NCBI GenBank assembly: GCA_951406725.2
Contig: OX597814.1
Location: 129,580,001 to 129,644,000, forward strand
Reading direction: 5' to 3'
Length of the DNA: 64,000 nucleotides
Source: Octopus vulgaris
Taxonomy: Eukaryota
The translations under genes were made by a program, and so were the position numbers. Positions 35,069 through 50,000 of this stretch are shown piece after piece (the first letter of the stretch is position 1; every line of letters starts with the position of its first letter). The notes beneath the pieces are model-generated. The model saw nothing but the letters and a program-made list of their open reading frames with translations, was not told the origin of the DNA and ran no database searches.

Positions 35069-38000
35069 CACCCGGTCACAGAAGTGAAACAGAAATCGTC
35101 TAATACTTCTAATGCAATGTATATTCAACAAATATTGAGACAAAGATGTGCTCTGACAAACGATGGTGTGGGGAGGGGGCTAGGAAAATTCCAACGATGA
35201 ACCCTACAGAATTCGAGCAGTAAAGCTGAACACCCGGTCACAGAAGTGAAAACGAAATCGTCTAATACTTCTAATTTAACGTATATTCAACAAATATTGA
35301 GACAAAATGCGCGCTGACAAACGGGGGTGTGTTGAGGGGACTCGGAAATTACATACGATCAACCGAACAGAATCCGAGCAGTAATGCTCAACACCAGGTC
35401 ACAGAAGTGAAACAGAAATCTTCTAATACTTCTAATGCAATGTATATTCAACAAATATTGTGACAAAACTGCGAGCTGACAAACGGGGTTGTGGGGAGGG
35501 GGCTAGGAATTACACAAGTTCAACCGTACAGAATCCGAGCAGTAAAGTTCAACACCCGGTCACAGAAGTGAAACAGAAATCGTCTAATACTTCTAATGCA
35601 ATGTGTATTCAACAAATATTGTGACAAAACTGCGAGCTGACAAACGGGGTTGTGGGGAGGGGGCTAGGAAAATACACACAATCCACCGTACAGAATCCGA
35701 GCAGTAAAGTTCAACACCCGGTCACAGAAGTGAAACAGAAAACGTCTAATACTTCTAATGCAATGTATATTCAACAAATATGAAGACAAAAATGTGCGCT
35801 GACAAACGGGGGAGTAGGGAGGGGGCTAGGAAAATACACACGATCAACCGTACAGATTCCGAGCAGTAAAACTCAACACGCTTTCACAGAAGTGAAAAAG
35901 AAATCGTCTATAACTTCTAATGTAATGTATATTCAACAAATATTGAGACAAAAATGCGCGCTGACAAACGAGGGTGTGGGGAGGGGGCTAGGAAAATACA
36001 CACGATCAAACGTACAGAATCCGAGCAGTAAAGCTCAACACCCGGTCACAGAAGTGAAACAGAAATCGTCTAATACTTCTAATGCAAATATATTCAACAA
36101 ATATTAAGACAAAAATACGCGCCGACAAACGAGGGTGTGGGGAGGGGGCTAGGAAAATTCCAACGATGAACCCTACAGAATTCGAGCGGTAAAGCTCAAC
36201 ACCCGGTGACAGAAGTGAAACAGAAATCGTCTACTACTTCTAATGCAACGTACATTCAACAGATATTGAAACAAAAATGCGCGCTGACAAACGGGAGAGT
36301 GAGGAGGTGGCTAGGAAATTACACACGATCAACCGTCAGGAATACGAGCAGTATAGCTCAACACCCGGTCACAGAAGTGAAACAGAAATCGTCTAATACT
36401 TCTAATGCAATGTATATTCAACAAATATTGAGACAAAAATGCGCGCTGACAAACGGGGGAGTGGGGGAGGGGGCTAGGAAATTACACACGATCAACCGTA
36501 AGGAATCCGAGCAGTATAGCTCAACACCCGGTCACAGAAGTGAAAACGAAATCGTCTAATACTTCTAATGCAATGTATATTCAACAAATATTGAGACAAA
36601 AATACGCGCTGACAAACGGGGGAGTGGGGAGGGGAATCGGAAATTACAGACGATCAACCGTTCAGAATCCGAGCAGTAAAGATCAACACCCGTTTACAGA
36701 AGTGAAACAGAAATCGTCTACTACTTCTAATGCAATGTGTATTCAACAAATATTGAGACAGAAATGCGCGCTGACAAACGGGGGAGTGTGGTGGGTGCTA
36801 GGAAATTACACACGATCAACCGTACGGAATCCGAGCAGTATAGCTTAACACCCGGTCACAGAAGTGAAACTGAAATCGTCTAATACTTCTAATGCAATGT
36901 ATAACAAAAATACGCGCTGACAAACGGGGGTGTAGGGAGAGGACTCGGAAAATACGTACGAACAACCGTTCAGAATCCGAGCACTAAAGCTCAACACCCG
37001 GTCACAGAAGTGGAACAGAAATCGTCTAATACTTCTAATGCAATGAATATTCAACAAATATTGAGACAAAAATACGCGCTGACAAACGAGGGTGTCGCGA
37101 GTGGGCTAGGAAAATTCCAACGATGAACCCTACAGAATCCGAGCAGTAGAGATCAACACCCGCTTACAGAAGTGAAACAAATATCGTCTACTATTTCTAA
37201 TGCAATGTATATTCAACAAATATTGAGACAAAAATGCGCGCTGATACACGGGGGTGTGGGGAGGGAGCTAGGAAAATACACACGATCAACCGTACAGAAT
37301 CCGAGCAGTAAAGCTCAACACCCGTTCACAGAAGTGAAACAGAATCGTCTAAAACTTCTAATGCAATGTATATTCAACAAATATTGAGACAAAAATGCGC
37401 GCTGACAAACGGGGGAGTGGGGTGGGAGCTAGGAAAGTACACACGATCAAATGTACAGAATCCGAGCAGTACAGCTCAACACCCGGTCACAGAAGTGGAA
37501 CTGAAATCGTCTAATACTTCAATGCAATGTATATTCAACAAATATTAAGACAAAAATGCGCGCTGACAAACGGGGGAGTGGGGAGAGGGCTAGGAAAATT
37601 CCAACGATGAACCCTACAGAATTATAGCAGTAAAGCTGAACACCCGGTCACAGAAGTGAAAACGAAATCGTCTAATACTTCTAATTAAATGTATATTCAA
37701 CAAATATTGAGACAAAAATGCGCGCTAACACACGGGGGTGTGTGGAGGGGACTCGGAAATTACATACGATCAACCGAACAGAATCTGAGCAGTAAAGCTG
37801 AACACCCGGTCACAGAAGTGAAACAGAAATCGTCTAATACTTCTAATGCAATGTATATTCAACAAATATTGAGACAAAAATGCGCAATGACAAACGGGGG
37901 AGGGGGGAGGGGGCTAGGAAATTACACACGATCAACCTTACTGAATCCGAGCAGTATAGCTCAACACCCGGTCACAGAAGTGAAACAGAAATCGTCTAAT

Positions 38001-41000
38001 ACTTCTAATGCAATGTATGTTCAACAAATATTTCGAGACAAAAATACGCGCGCTGACAAACGGGGGAGTGGGGAGGGGACTAGGAAATTACAGACGATCA
38101 ACCGTTCAGGAATACCGAGCAGTAAAGCTCAACACCCGGTCACATAAGTGAAACAAAAATCATCCAATATTTCTAATGCAATGTGTATTCAACAAATATT
38201 GAGACAAAAATGCGCGCTGACAAACGGGGGAGTGGGGAGGGGGCTAGGAAATTACACACGATCAACCGTACAGAATCCGAGCAGTATAGCTCAACACCCG
38301 GTCACAGAAGTGAAACAGAAATCGTCTAATACTTCTAATGCAATGTATATTCAACAAATATTGAGACAAAAATACGCGCTGACAAACGGGGGAGTGGGGA
38401 GGGGAATCGGAAATTACAGACGATCAACCGTTCAGAATCCGAGCAGTAAAGATCAACACCCGTTTACAGAAGTGAAACAGAAATCGTCTACTACTTCTAA
38501 TGCAATGTGTATTCAAAAATATTGAGACAGAAATGCGCGCTGACAAACGGGGGAGTGTGGTGGGTGCTAGGAAATTACCCACGATCAACCGTACGGAATC
38601 CGAGCAGTAAAGATCAACACCCGGTCACAGAAGTGAAACTGAAATCGTCTAATACTTCTAATGCAATGTATATTCAACAAATATTGAGACAAAAATGCGC
38701 GCTGACAAATGGGGGTGTGGGGAGAGGACTCGGAAAATACGTACGAACAACCGTTCAGAATCCGAGCACTGAAGCTCAAACACCCGGTCACAGAAGTGGA
38801 ACAGAAATCGTGTAATACTTCTAATGCAATGAATATTCAACAAATATTGAGACAAAAATACGCGCTGACAAACGAGGGTGTGGGGAGGAAGCCAGGGAAA
38901 TTCCAACGATGAACCCTACAGAATTCGAGCATTAAAGCTCAACACCCGGTTACAGAAGTGAAACAGAAATCTTCTACTACTTCTAATGCAATTTGTATTC
39001 AACAAATATTGAGACAACAATGCGCGCTGACAAACGGGGGAGTGGGGGAGGGGGCTAGGAAATGACAGACGATCAACCGAAAGGAATACGAGCAGTATAG
39101 CTCAACACCCGGTCACAGAAGTGAAACAGAAATCGTCTACTACTTCTAATGCAATGTGTATTCAACAAATATTGACACAAAAATGCGCGCTGACAAACGG
39201 GGGAGTGGGGAGGGGGCTAGGAAATTTACGATCAATCGTAAGGAATCCGAGCAGTATAGCTCAACACCCGGTCGCAGAAGTGAAAACGAAATCGTCTAAT
39301 ACTTCTAATGCAATGTATATTCAACAAATATTGAGACAAAAATGCGCGCTGACAAACGGGGGAGTGGGGAGGGGACTCGGAAATTACATACGATCAACCG
39401 TTCAGAATCCGAGCAGTAAAGCTCAACACCCGGTCACAGAATTGAAACAGAAATCGTCTACTACTTCTAATGCAATGTGTATTCAACAAATATTGAGACA
39501 GAAATGCGCGCTGACAAACGGGGGAGTGTGGTGGGTGCTAGGAAATTACACACGATCAACCGTACGGAATCCGAGCAGTATAGCTTAACACCCAGTCACA
39601 GAAGTGAAACTGAAATCGTCTAATACTTCTAATGCAATGTATAACAAAAATACGCGCTGACAAACGGGGGTGTAGGGAGAGGACTCGGAAAATACGTACG
39701 AACAACCGTTCAGAATCCGAGCACTAAAGCTCAACACCCGGTCACAGAAGTGGAACTGAAATCGTCTAATACTTCTAATGCAATGAATATTCAACAAATA
39801 TTGAGACAAAAATACGCGCTGACAAACGAGGGTGTCGCGAGTGGGCTAGGAAAATTCCAACGATGAACCCTACAGAATCCGAGCAGTAAAGATCAACACC
39901 CGGTTACAGAAGTGAAACATAAATCGTCTACTACTTCTAATGCAATGTATATTCAACAAATATTGAGACAAAAATGCGCGCTGAGAAACGAGGGTGTGGA
40001 GAGGGGGCTAGGAAAATACACACGATCAACCGTACAAAATACGAGCAGTAAAGCTCAACACCCTTTCACAGAAGTGAAACAGAAATCGTCTAATACTTCT
40101 AATGCAATGTATATTCAACAAATATTGAGACAAAAATGCGCGCTGACAAACGGGGGAGTGGGGAGGGAGCTAGGAAAATACACACGATCAACCGTACAGA
40201 ATCCGAGCAGTATAGCTCAACACCCGGTCACAGAAGTGAAACTGAAATCGTCTAATACTTCTAATGCAATGTATATTCAACAAATATTGAGACAAAAATG
40301 CGCGCTGACAAACGGGGGAGTGGGGAGGGGGCTAGGAAATTCCAACGATGAACCCTACAGAATTCGAGCAGTAAAGCTCAACACCCGGTCACAGAAGTGA
40401 AAACGAAATCGTCTAATACTTCTAATGCAATGTATATTCAACAAATATTGAGACAAAAATGCGCGCTGACAAACGGGGGAGTGGGGAGGGGGCTAGGAAA
40501 TTACACACGATCAACCGAACAGAATCCGAGCAGTAAAGCTGAACACCCGGTCACAGAAGTGAAACAGAAATCGTCTAATACTTCTAATGCAATGTATATT
40601 CAACAAATTTTGAGACAAAAATTCGCGCTGACAAACGGGGGAGTGGCTGGGGCAGGAAATTACACAAGATCAACCTTACAGAATCCGAGCAGTATAGCTC
40701 AACACCCGGTCACAGAAGTGAAACAGAAATCGTCTAATACTTCTAATGCAATGTATGTTCAACAAATATTTCGACAAAAATACGCGCGCTGACAAACGGG
40801 GGAGTGGGGAGGGGAATCGGAAATTACAGACGATCAACCGTTCAGAATACGAGCAGTAAAGCTCAACACCCGGTCACATAAGTGAAACAAAAATCATCCA
40901 ATATTTCTAATGCAATGTATATTCAACAAATATTGAGACAAAAATGCGCGCTGACAAACGGGGAGAGGGGGAGGGGGCTAGGAAAATTACACACGATCAA

Positions 41001-44000
41001 CCGTACAGGAATCCGAGCAGTAAAGCTCAACACCCGGTCACAGAAGTGAAACAGAAATCGTCTAATACTTCTAATGCAATGTATATTCAACAAATATTGA
41101 GACAAAAATACGCGCTGACAAACGGGGAGTGGGGAGGGGAATCGGAAATTACAGACGATCAACCGTTCAGAATCCGAGCAGCAAAGATCAACACCCGTTT
41201 ACAGAAGTGAAACAGAAATCGTCTACTACTTCTAATGCAATGTGTATTCAAAAATATTGAGACAGAAATGCGCGCTGACAAACGGGGGAGTGTGGTGGGT
41301 GCTAGGAAATTACCCACGATCAACCGTACGGAATGAGAGCAGTAAAGCTCAACACCTGGTCACAGAAGTGAAACTGAAATCGTCTAATACTTCTAATGCA
41401 ATGTATATTCAACAAATATTGAGACAAAAATACGCGCTGACAAATGGGGGTGTAGGGAGAGGACTCGGAAAATACGTACGAACAACCGTTCAGAATCCGA
41501 GCACTGAAGCTCAAACACCCGGTCACAGAAGTGGAACAGAAATCGTCTAATACTTCTAATGCAATGTATATTCAACAAATATTGAGACAAAAATACGCGC
41601 TGACAAACGAGGGTGTGGGGAGGGGGCTAGGAAAATTCCAACGATGAACCCTACAGAATTCGAGCAGTAAAGCTCAACACCCGGTCACAGAAGTGAAACA
41701 GAAATCTTCTACTACTTCTAATGCAATTTGTATTCAACAAATATTGAGACAACAATGCGCGCTGACAAACGGGGGAGTGGGGGAGGGGGCTAGGAAATGA
41801 CAGACGATCAACCGAAAGGAATACGAGCAGTATAGCTCAACACCCGGTCACAGAAGTGAAACAGAAATCGTCTAATACTTCTAATGCAATGTATATTCAA
41901 CAAATATTGAGACAAAAATGCGCGCTGACAAACGGGGGAGTGGGGAGGGGGCTACGAAATTACACACGATCAACCGTAAGGAATCCGAGCAGTATAGCTC
42001 AACACCCGGTCGCAGAAGTGAAAACGAAATCGTCTAATACTTCTAATGCAATGTATATTCCACAAATATTGAGACAAAAATACGCGCTGACAAACGGGGG
42101 AGTGGGGAGGGGAATCGGAAATTACAGACGATCAACCGTTCAGAATCCGAGCAGTGAAGATCAACACCCGTTTACAGAAGTGAAACAGAAATCGTCTACT
42201 ACTTCTAATGCAATGTATATTCAACAAATATTGAGACAAAAATGCGCGCTGACAAACGGGGGAGTGTGGTGGGTGCTAGGAAATTACACACGATCAACCG
42301 TAAGGAATCCGAGCAGTATAGCTCAACACCCGGTCACAGAAGTGAAACAGAAATCGTCTACTACTTCTAATGCAATGTATATTCAACAAATATTGAGAGA
42401 AAAATACGCGCTGACAAACGGGGGTGTGGGGAGGGGACTCGGAAAATACGTACGAACAACCGTTCACAATCGGAGCACTTAAGCTCAACACCCGGTCACA
42501 GAAGTGGAACAGAAATCGTCTAATACTTCTAATGCAATGAATATTCAACAAATATTGAGACAAAAATACGCGCTGACAAACGAGGGTGTCGCGAAGGGGC
42601 TAGGAAAATTCCAACGATTAACCCTACAGAATCCAAGCAGTATAGATCAACACCCGCTTACAGAAGTGAAACTAATATCGTCTACTACTTCTAATGCAAT
42701 GTATATTCAACAAATATTGAGACTAAAATGCGCGCTGATACACGGGGGTGTGGGGAGGGAGCTAGGAAAATACACACGATCAACCGTACAGAATCCGAGC
42801 AATAAAGATCAACACCCGTTCACAGAAGTGAAACAGAATCGTCTAATACTTCTAATGCAATGTATATTCAACAAATATTGAGACAAAAATGCGCACTAAC
42901 AAACGGGGGAGTGGGGAGGGGCTAGGATATTACACACGATCAACCTTACTGAATCCGAGCAGTATAGCTCAACACCCGGTCACAGAAGTGAAACAGAAAT
43001 CGTCTACTACTTCTAATGCAATGTGTATTCAACAAATATTGAGACAAAAATGCACGCTGACAAACGGGGTTGTGGAGGAGGGGGCTAGGAAATTACACAC
43101 GATCAACCGAAAGGAATACGAGCAGTAGAGCTCAACACCCGGTCGCAGAAGTGAAAACGAAATCGTCTACTACTTCTAATGCAATGTATATTCAACAAAT
43201 ATTGAGACAAAAAATGCGCGCTGACAAACGGGGGAGTGGGGAGGGGGCTGAAATTACAGACGATGAACCGTTCAGAATCCGAGCAGTATAGATCAACACC
43301 CGTTTACAGAAGTGAAACAGAAATCGTCTACTACTTCTAATGCAATGTGTATTCAACAAATATTGAGAAAGAAATGCGCGCTGACAAACGGGGGAGTGTG
43401 GTGGGTGCTAGGAAATTACACACGATCAACCGAACGGAATCCGAGCAGTATAGCTTAACACCCGGTCACAGAAGTGAAACTGAAATCGTCTAATACTTCT
43501 AATGCAATGTATATTCAACAAATATTGAGACAAAAATACGCGCTGACAAACGGGGGTGTGGGAGAGGACTCGGAAAATACGTACGAACAACGGTTCAGAA
43601 TCCGAGCACTAAAGCTCAACACCCAGTCACAGATGTGGAACAGAAATTGTCTAATACTTCTAATGCAATGAATATTCAACAAATATTGAGACAAAAATAC
43701 GCGCTGACAAACGAGGGTGTCGCGAGGGGGCTAGGAAAATTCCAACGATTATCGTCTACTACTTCTAATGCAATGTATATTCAACAAATATTGAGACAAA
43801 AATGCGCGCTGATACACGGGGGTGTGGGGAGGGAGCTAGGAAAATACACACGATCATCCGTACAGAATTCGAGCAGTAAAGCTCAACACCCGGTCACAGA
43901 AGTGAAATAAAAATCGTCTAATACTTCTAATGCAATGTATATTCAACAAATAATGAGACAAAAATACACGCTCACAAACGAGGGTGTGCGGAGGGCGTCA

Positions 44001-47000
44001 GGAAAATTCCAGCGATGAACCCTACAGGATTCGAGCAGTAAAGCTCAACACCCGGTCACAGAAGTGAAACAGAAATCGTCTAATACTTCTAATGCAATGT
44101 ATATTCAACAAATAATGAGACAAAAATACGCGCTGACAAACGAGGGTGTGGGGAGGGGGTTAGGAAAATTCCAACGATGAACCCTACAGAATTCGAGCAG
44201 TAAAGCTCAACACCCGGTCACAGAAGTGAAACAGAAATCGTCTACTACTTCTAATGCAATGTGTATTCAACAAATATTGAGACGAAAATGCGCGCTGACA
44301 AACGGCGAAGTGGTTATGGAGCTAGGAAATTACACACGATCAACCGTAAGGAATCCGAGCAGTATAGCTCAACACCCGATCACAGAAGTGAAAACGAAAT
44401 CGTCTAAAACTTCTAATGCAATGTATATTCAACAAATATTGTGACAAAAATACGCTCTGACCAACGAGGGTGTCGGGAGGGGGCTAGGAAAATTCCAACG
44501 ATGAACCGTACAGAATCTGAGCACTAAAGATCAACACCCGGTTACAGAAGTGAAACAAAAATCTTCTACTACTTCTAATGCAATGTGTACTCAACAAATA
44601 TTGAGACAAAAATGCGCGCAGATAAACGGGGGAGTGGGGAGTGGGCTAGGAATTCACACATGATCAACCGTAAGGAATCCGAGCAGTATAGCTCAACACC
44701 CGGTCACAGAATTGAAACAGAAATCGTCTAATACTTCTAATGCAATGTATATTCAACAAATATTGAGACAAAAATACGCGCTGACAAACGAGGGTGTGGG
44801 GAGGAGGCCAGGTAATTCAACGATGAACCCTACAGAATTCGAGCATTAAAGCTCAACACCCGGTTACATAAGTGAAACAGAAATCGTCTAATACTTCTAA
44901 TGCAATGTATATTCAACAAATATTGAGACAAAAATGCGCGCTGATAAACGGGTGAGTGGGGGGAGGGCTAGGAAATTACAGACGATCAACCGTAAGGAAT
45001 CCGAGCAGTATAGCTCAACACCCGGTCACAGAAGTGAAAACGAAATAATCTAATACTTCTAATGCAATGTATATTAAACAAATATTGAGACAAAAATACG
45101 CGATGACAAACGAGTGTGTGAGGAGGGGGCTAGGAAAATTCCAACGATGAACCCTACAAAATCTGAGCAGTAAAGCTCAACACCCGGTCACAGAATTGAA
45201 ACAGAAATCGTCTAATACTTCTAATGCAATGTATATTCAACAAATATTGAGACAAAAATGCGCACTGACAAACGGGGGTGTGGGGAGGGATCTAGGAAAA
45301 TACAGACGATCAAACGGACAGAATCCGAGCAGTAAAGCTCAACACCCGGTCACATAATTGAAACAGAAATCGTCTAATACTTCTAATGCAATGTATATTC
45401 AACAAATATTGAGACAAAAATACGCGCTGACAAACGAGTGTGTGGGGAGGGGGCTAGGAAAATTCCAACGATGAACCCTACAGAATCTGAGCAGTAAAGA
45501 TCAACACCCGGTTACAGAAGTGAAACAAAATTCTTCTACTACTTCTAATGCAATGTGTATTCAACAAATATTGAGACAAAATTGCGCGCTGACAAACGGG
45601 GGTGTGGGGAGGGAGCTAGGAAAATACACACGATGAAACGTACAGAATCCGAGCAGTAAAGCTCAACACCCGGTCACAGAAGTGAAACAGAAATCGTCAA
45701 ATACTTCTAATGCAATGTATATTCAACAAATATTGAGAAAAAAATACGCGCTGACAAACGGGGGTGTGGGGAGGGGGCCAGGAAATTCCAACGATGAACC
45801 CTACAGAATTCGAGCATTAAAGCTCAACACCCGGTTACAGAAGTGAAACAGAAATCGTCTACTACTTCTAATGCAATGTATATTCAACAAATATTGAGAC
45901 AAAAATACGCATTGACAAACGGGGGTGTGGGGAGGGGGCTAGGAAAATTCCAACGATGAACCCTACAGAATCTGAGCACTAAAGATCAACTCCCGGTTAC
46001 AGAAGTGAAACAGAAATCGTCTAATACTTCTAATGCAATGTATATTCAACAAATATTGAGACAAAAATGCGCGCTGACAAACGAGGGTGTGATGAGGGGA
46101 CTCGGAAATTACACACGATTAACCGGAAGGAATCCGAGCAGTATAGCTCATCACCCGGTCACAGAAGTGAAAACGAAATAATCTAATACTTCTAATGCAA
46201 TGTATATTAAACAAATATTGAGAAGAAAAGACGCGATGACAAACGAGGGTGTGAGGAGGGGGCTAGGAGATTTCCAACGATGAACCGTACAGAATCTGAG
46301 CACTAAAGATCAACACCCGGTTACAGAAGTGAAACAAAATTCTTCTACTACTTCTAATGCAATGTGTATTCAACAAATATTGAGACAAAAATGCGCACTG
46401 AGAAACGGGGGTGTGGGGAGGGATCTAGGAAAATACAGACGATCAAACGGACAGAATCCGAGCAGTAAAGCTCAACACCCGGTCACATAATTTAAACAGA
46501 AATCGTCTAATACTTCTAATGCAATGTATATTCAACAAATATTGAGACAAAAATACGCGCTGACAAACGAGTGTGTGGGGAGGGGGCTAGGAAAATTCCA
46601 ACGATGAACCCTACAGATTTCGAGCATTAAAGCTGAACTCCCGGTTACAGAAGTGAAACAGAAATCGTCTAATATTTCTAATGCAATGTATATTCAACAA
46701 ATATTGAGACAAAAATACGCGCTGACAAACGAGGGTGTGGGGAGGAGGCTAGGAAAATTCCAACGATGAACCCTACAGAATCTGAGCAATAAAATCAACT
46801 ACCGGTTACAAAAGTGAAACAAAATTCTTCTACTACTTCTAATGCAATGTGTATTCAACAAATATTGAGACAAAAATGCGCACTGACAAACGGGGGTGTG
46901 GGGAGGGATCTAGGAAATTACACACGATCAACCGTAAGGAATCCGAGCAGTATAGCTCAACACCCGATCACAGAAGTGAAAACGAAATCGTCTAATACTT

Positions 47001-50000
47001 CTTATGCAATGTATATTCAACTAATATTGAGACAAAAATACGCGCTGACAAACGAGGGTGTGGGGAGGGGGCCAAAGAAATTCCAACGATGAACCCTACA
47101 GAAATCGAGCATTAAAGCTCAACACCCGGTTACAGAAGTGAAACAGAAATCGTCTAATACTTCTAATGCAATGTATATTCAACAAATATTGAGACAAAGA
47201 TGCGCGCTGATAAACGGGGGGGGGGGGGAGGGGGCTAGGAAATTACACACGATCAACCGTAAGGAATCCGAGCAGTATAGCTCAACACCCGGTCACAGAA
47301 GTGAAAACGAAATAATCTAATACTTCTAATGCAATGTATATTCAACAAATATTGAGACAAAAATACGCGATGACAAACGAGGGTGTGGGGAGGGCGCTAG
47401 GAAAATTCCAACGATTAACCCTACAGAATCTGAGCACTAAAGATCAACACCCGGTTACAGAAGTGAAACAAAAATCTTCTACTACTTCTAATGCAATGTG
47501 TATTCAACAAATATTGAGACAAAAATGCGCACTGACAAACGGGGGTGTGGGGAGGGATCTAGGAATATACACACGATCAAACGTACAGAATCCGAGCAGT
47601 AAAGCTCAACACGCGGTCACATAATTGAAACAGAAATCGTCTAATACTTCGAATGCAATGTATATTCAACAAATATTGAGACAAAAATACGCGCTGACAA
47701 ACGAGTGTGTGGGGAGGGGGCTAGGAAAATTCCAACGATGAACCCTACAGAATCTGAACGCTAAAGATCAACTCCCGGTTACAAAAGAGAAACAAAATTC
47801 TTCTACTACTTCTAATGCAATGTGTATTCAACAAATATTGAGACGAAAATGCGCACTGACAAGCGGGGGTGTGGGGAGGGATCTAAGAAAATACACACGA
47901 TCAAACGTACAGAATCCGAGCAGTAAAGCTCAACACCCGGTCACAGAATTGAAACAGAAGTCGTCAAATACTTCTAATGGAATGTATATTCAACAAATAT
48001 TGAGACAAAAATTCGCGCTGACAAACGAGGGTGTGGGGAGGGGGCCAGGGAAATTCCAACGATGAACCCTACAGAATTCGAGCATTAAAGCTCAACACCC
48101 GGTTACAGAAGTGAAACAGAAATCGTCTAATACTTCTAATGCAATGTATATTCAACAAATATTGAGACGAAAATACGCGCTGACAAACGAGGGTGTGGGG
48201 AGGGGGCTAGGAAAATTCCAACGATGAACCCTACAGAATCTGAGCACTAAAGATCAACACCCGGTTACAGAAGTGAAACAAAAATCTTTTACTACTTCTA
48301 ATGCAATGTGTATTGAACAAATATTGAGACAAAAATGCGCACTGACAAACGGAGGTGTGGGGAGGGATCTAGGAATATACACACGATCAAACGGACAGAA
48401 TCCGAGCAGTAAAGCTCAACACCCGGTCACATAATTGAAACAGAAATCGTCTAATACTTCTAATGCAATGTATATTCAACAAATATTGAGACAAAAATAC
48501 GCGCTGACAAACGAGTGTGTGGGGAGGAGGCTAGGAAAATTCCAACAATGAACCCTACAGAATCTGAGCACTAAAGAACAACTCCTGGTTACAGAAGTGA
48601 AACAAAATTCTTCTACTACTTCTAATGCAATGTGTATTCAACAAATATTGAGACAAAACTGCGCACTGACAAACGGGGGTGTGGGGAGGGATCTAGGAAA
48701 ATACACACGATCAAACGTACAGAATCCGAGCAGTAAAGCTCAACACCCGGTCACAGATGTGAAACGGAAATCGTCTAATACTTCTAATGCAATGTATATT
48801 AAACAAATATTGAGACAAAAATACGCGCTGACAAACGAGGGTGTGGGGAGGGGGCCAGGGAAATTCCAACGATGAACCCTACAGAATTTGAGCATTAAAG
48901 CTCAACACCCGGTTACAGAAGTGAAACAGAGATCGTCTAATACTTCTAATGCAATGTATATTCAACAAATATTGAGGCAAAAATACGCGCTGATTAACGG
49001 GGGAGTGGGGGAGGGGGCTAGGAAATTACAGACGATCAACCGTAAGGAATCCGAGCAGTATAGCTCAACACACGGTCACAGAAGTGAAAACGAAATAATC
49101 TAATACTTCTAATGCAATGTATATTCAATAAATATTGAGACAAAAATACGCGCTCACAAACGAGGGTGTGAGGAGGGGGCTAGGAAAATTCCAACGATGA
49201 ACCCTACAGAAGCCGAGCACTAAAGATCAACACCCGGTTACAGAAGTGAAACAAAATTCTGCTACTACTTCTAATGCAATGTGTATTAAACAAATATTGA
49301 GACAAAAATGCGCACTGACAAACGGGGGTGTGGGGAGGGATCTAGGAAAATACACACGATCAAATGTACTGAATCCGAGCAGAAAAGCTCAACACCCGGT
49401 CACGGAATTGAAACAGAAATCGTCTAATACTTCTAATGCAATGTATATTCAACAAATATTAAGACAAAGATGCGCGCTGATAAACGGGGGAGTGGGGGAG
49501 GGGGCTAGGAAATTACACACGATCAACCGTAAGGAATCCGAGCAGTATAGCTGAACACACGGTCACAGAAGTGAAAACGAAATAATCTAATACTTCTAAT
49601 GCAATGTATATTCAATAAATATTGAGACAAAAATACGCGCTGACAAACGAGGGTGTGGGGAGGGGGTAGGAAAATTCCAACGATTAACCCTACAGAAGCC
49701 GAGCACTAAAGATCAACACCCGGTCACAGAAGTCAAACAAAATTCTGCTACTACTTCTAATGCAATGTGTATTCAACAAATATTGAGACAAAAATGAGCA
49801 CTGACAAACGGGGGTGTGGGGAGGGATCTAGGAAAATACACACGATCAAACGTACAGAATCCGAGCAGTAAAGCTCAACACCCGGTCACAGAATTGAAAC
49901 AGAAATCGTCTAATACTTCTAATGCAATGTATATTCAACAAATATTGAGACAAAAATACGCTCTGACAAACGAGGGTGTGGTGAGGGGGCCAGGGAAATT

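Noticed and set aside
35186-35200. CENP-B box-like TCGTTGGAA on the minus strand of the KFQR monomer variant
   Set aside because: It lacks the essential TTCG...CGGG positions (reads ATCGTTGGAATTTTCC); only a partial, probably chance, match.
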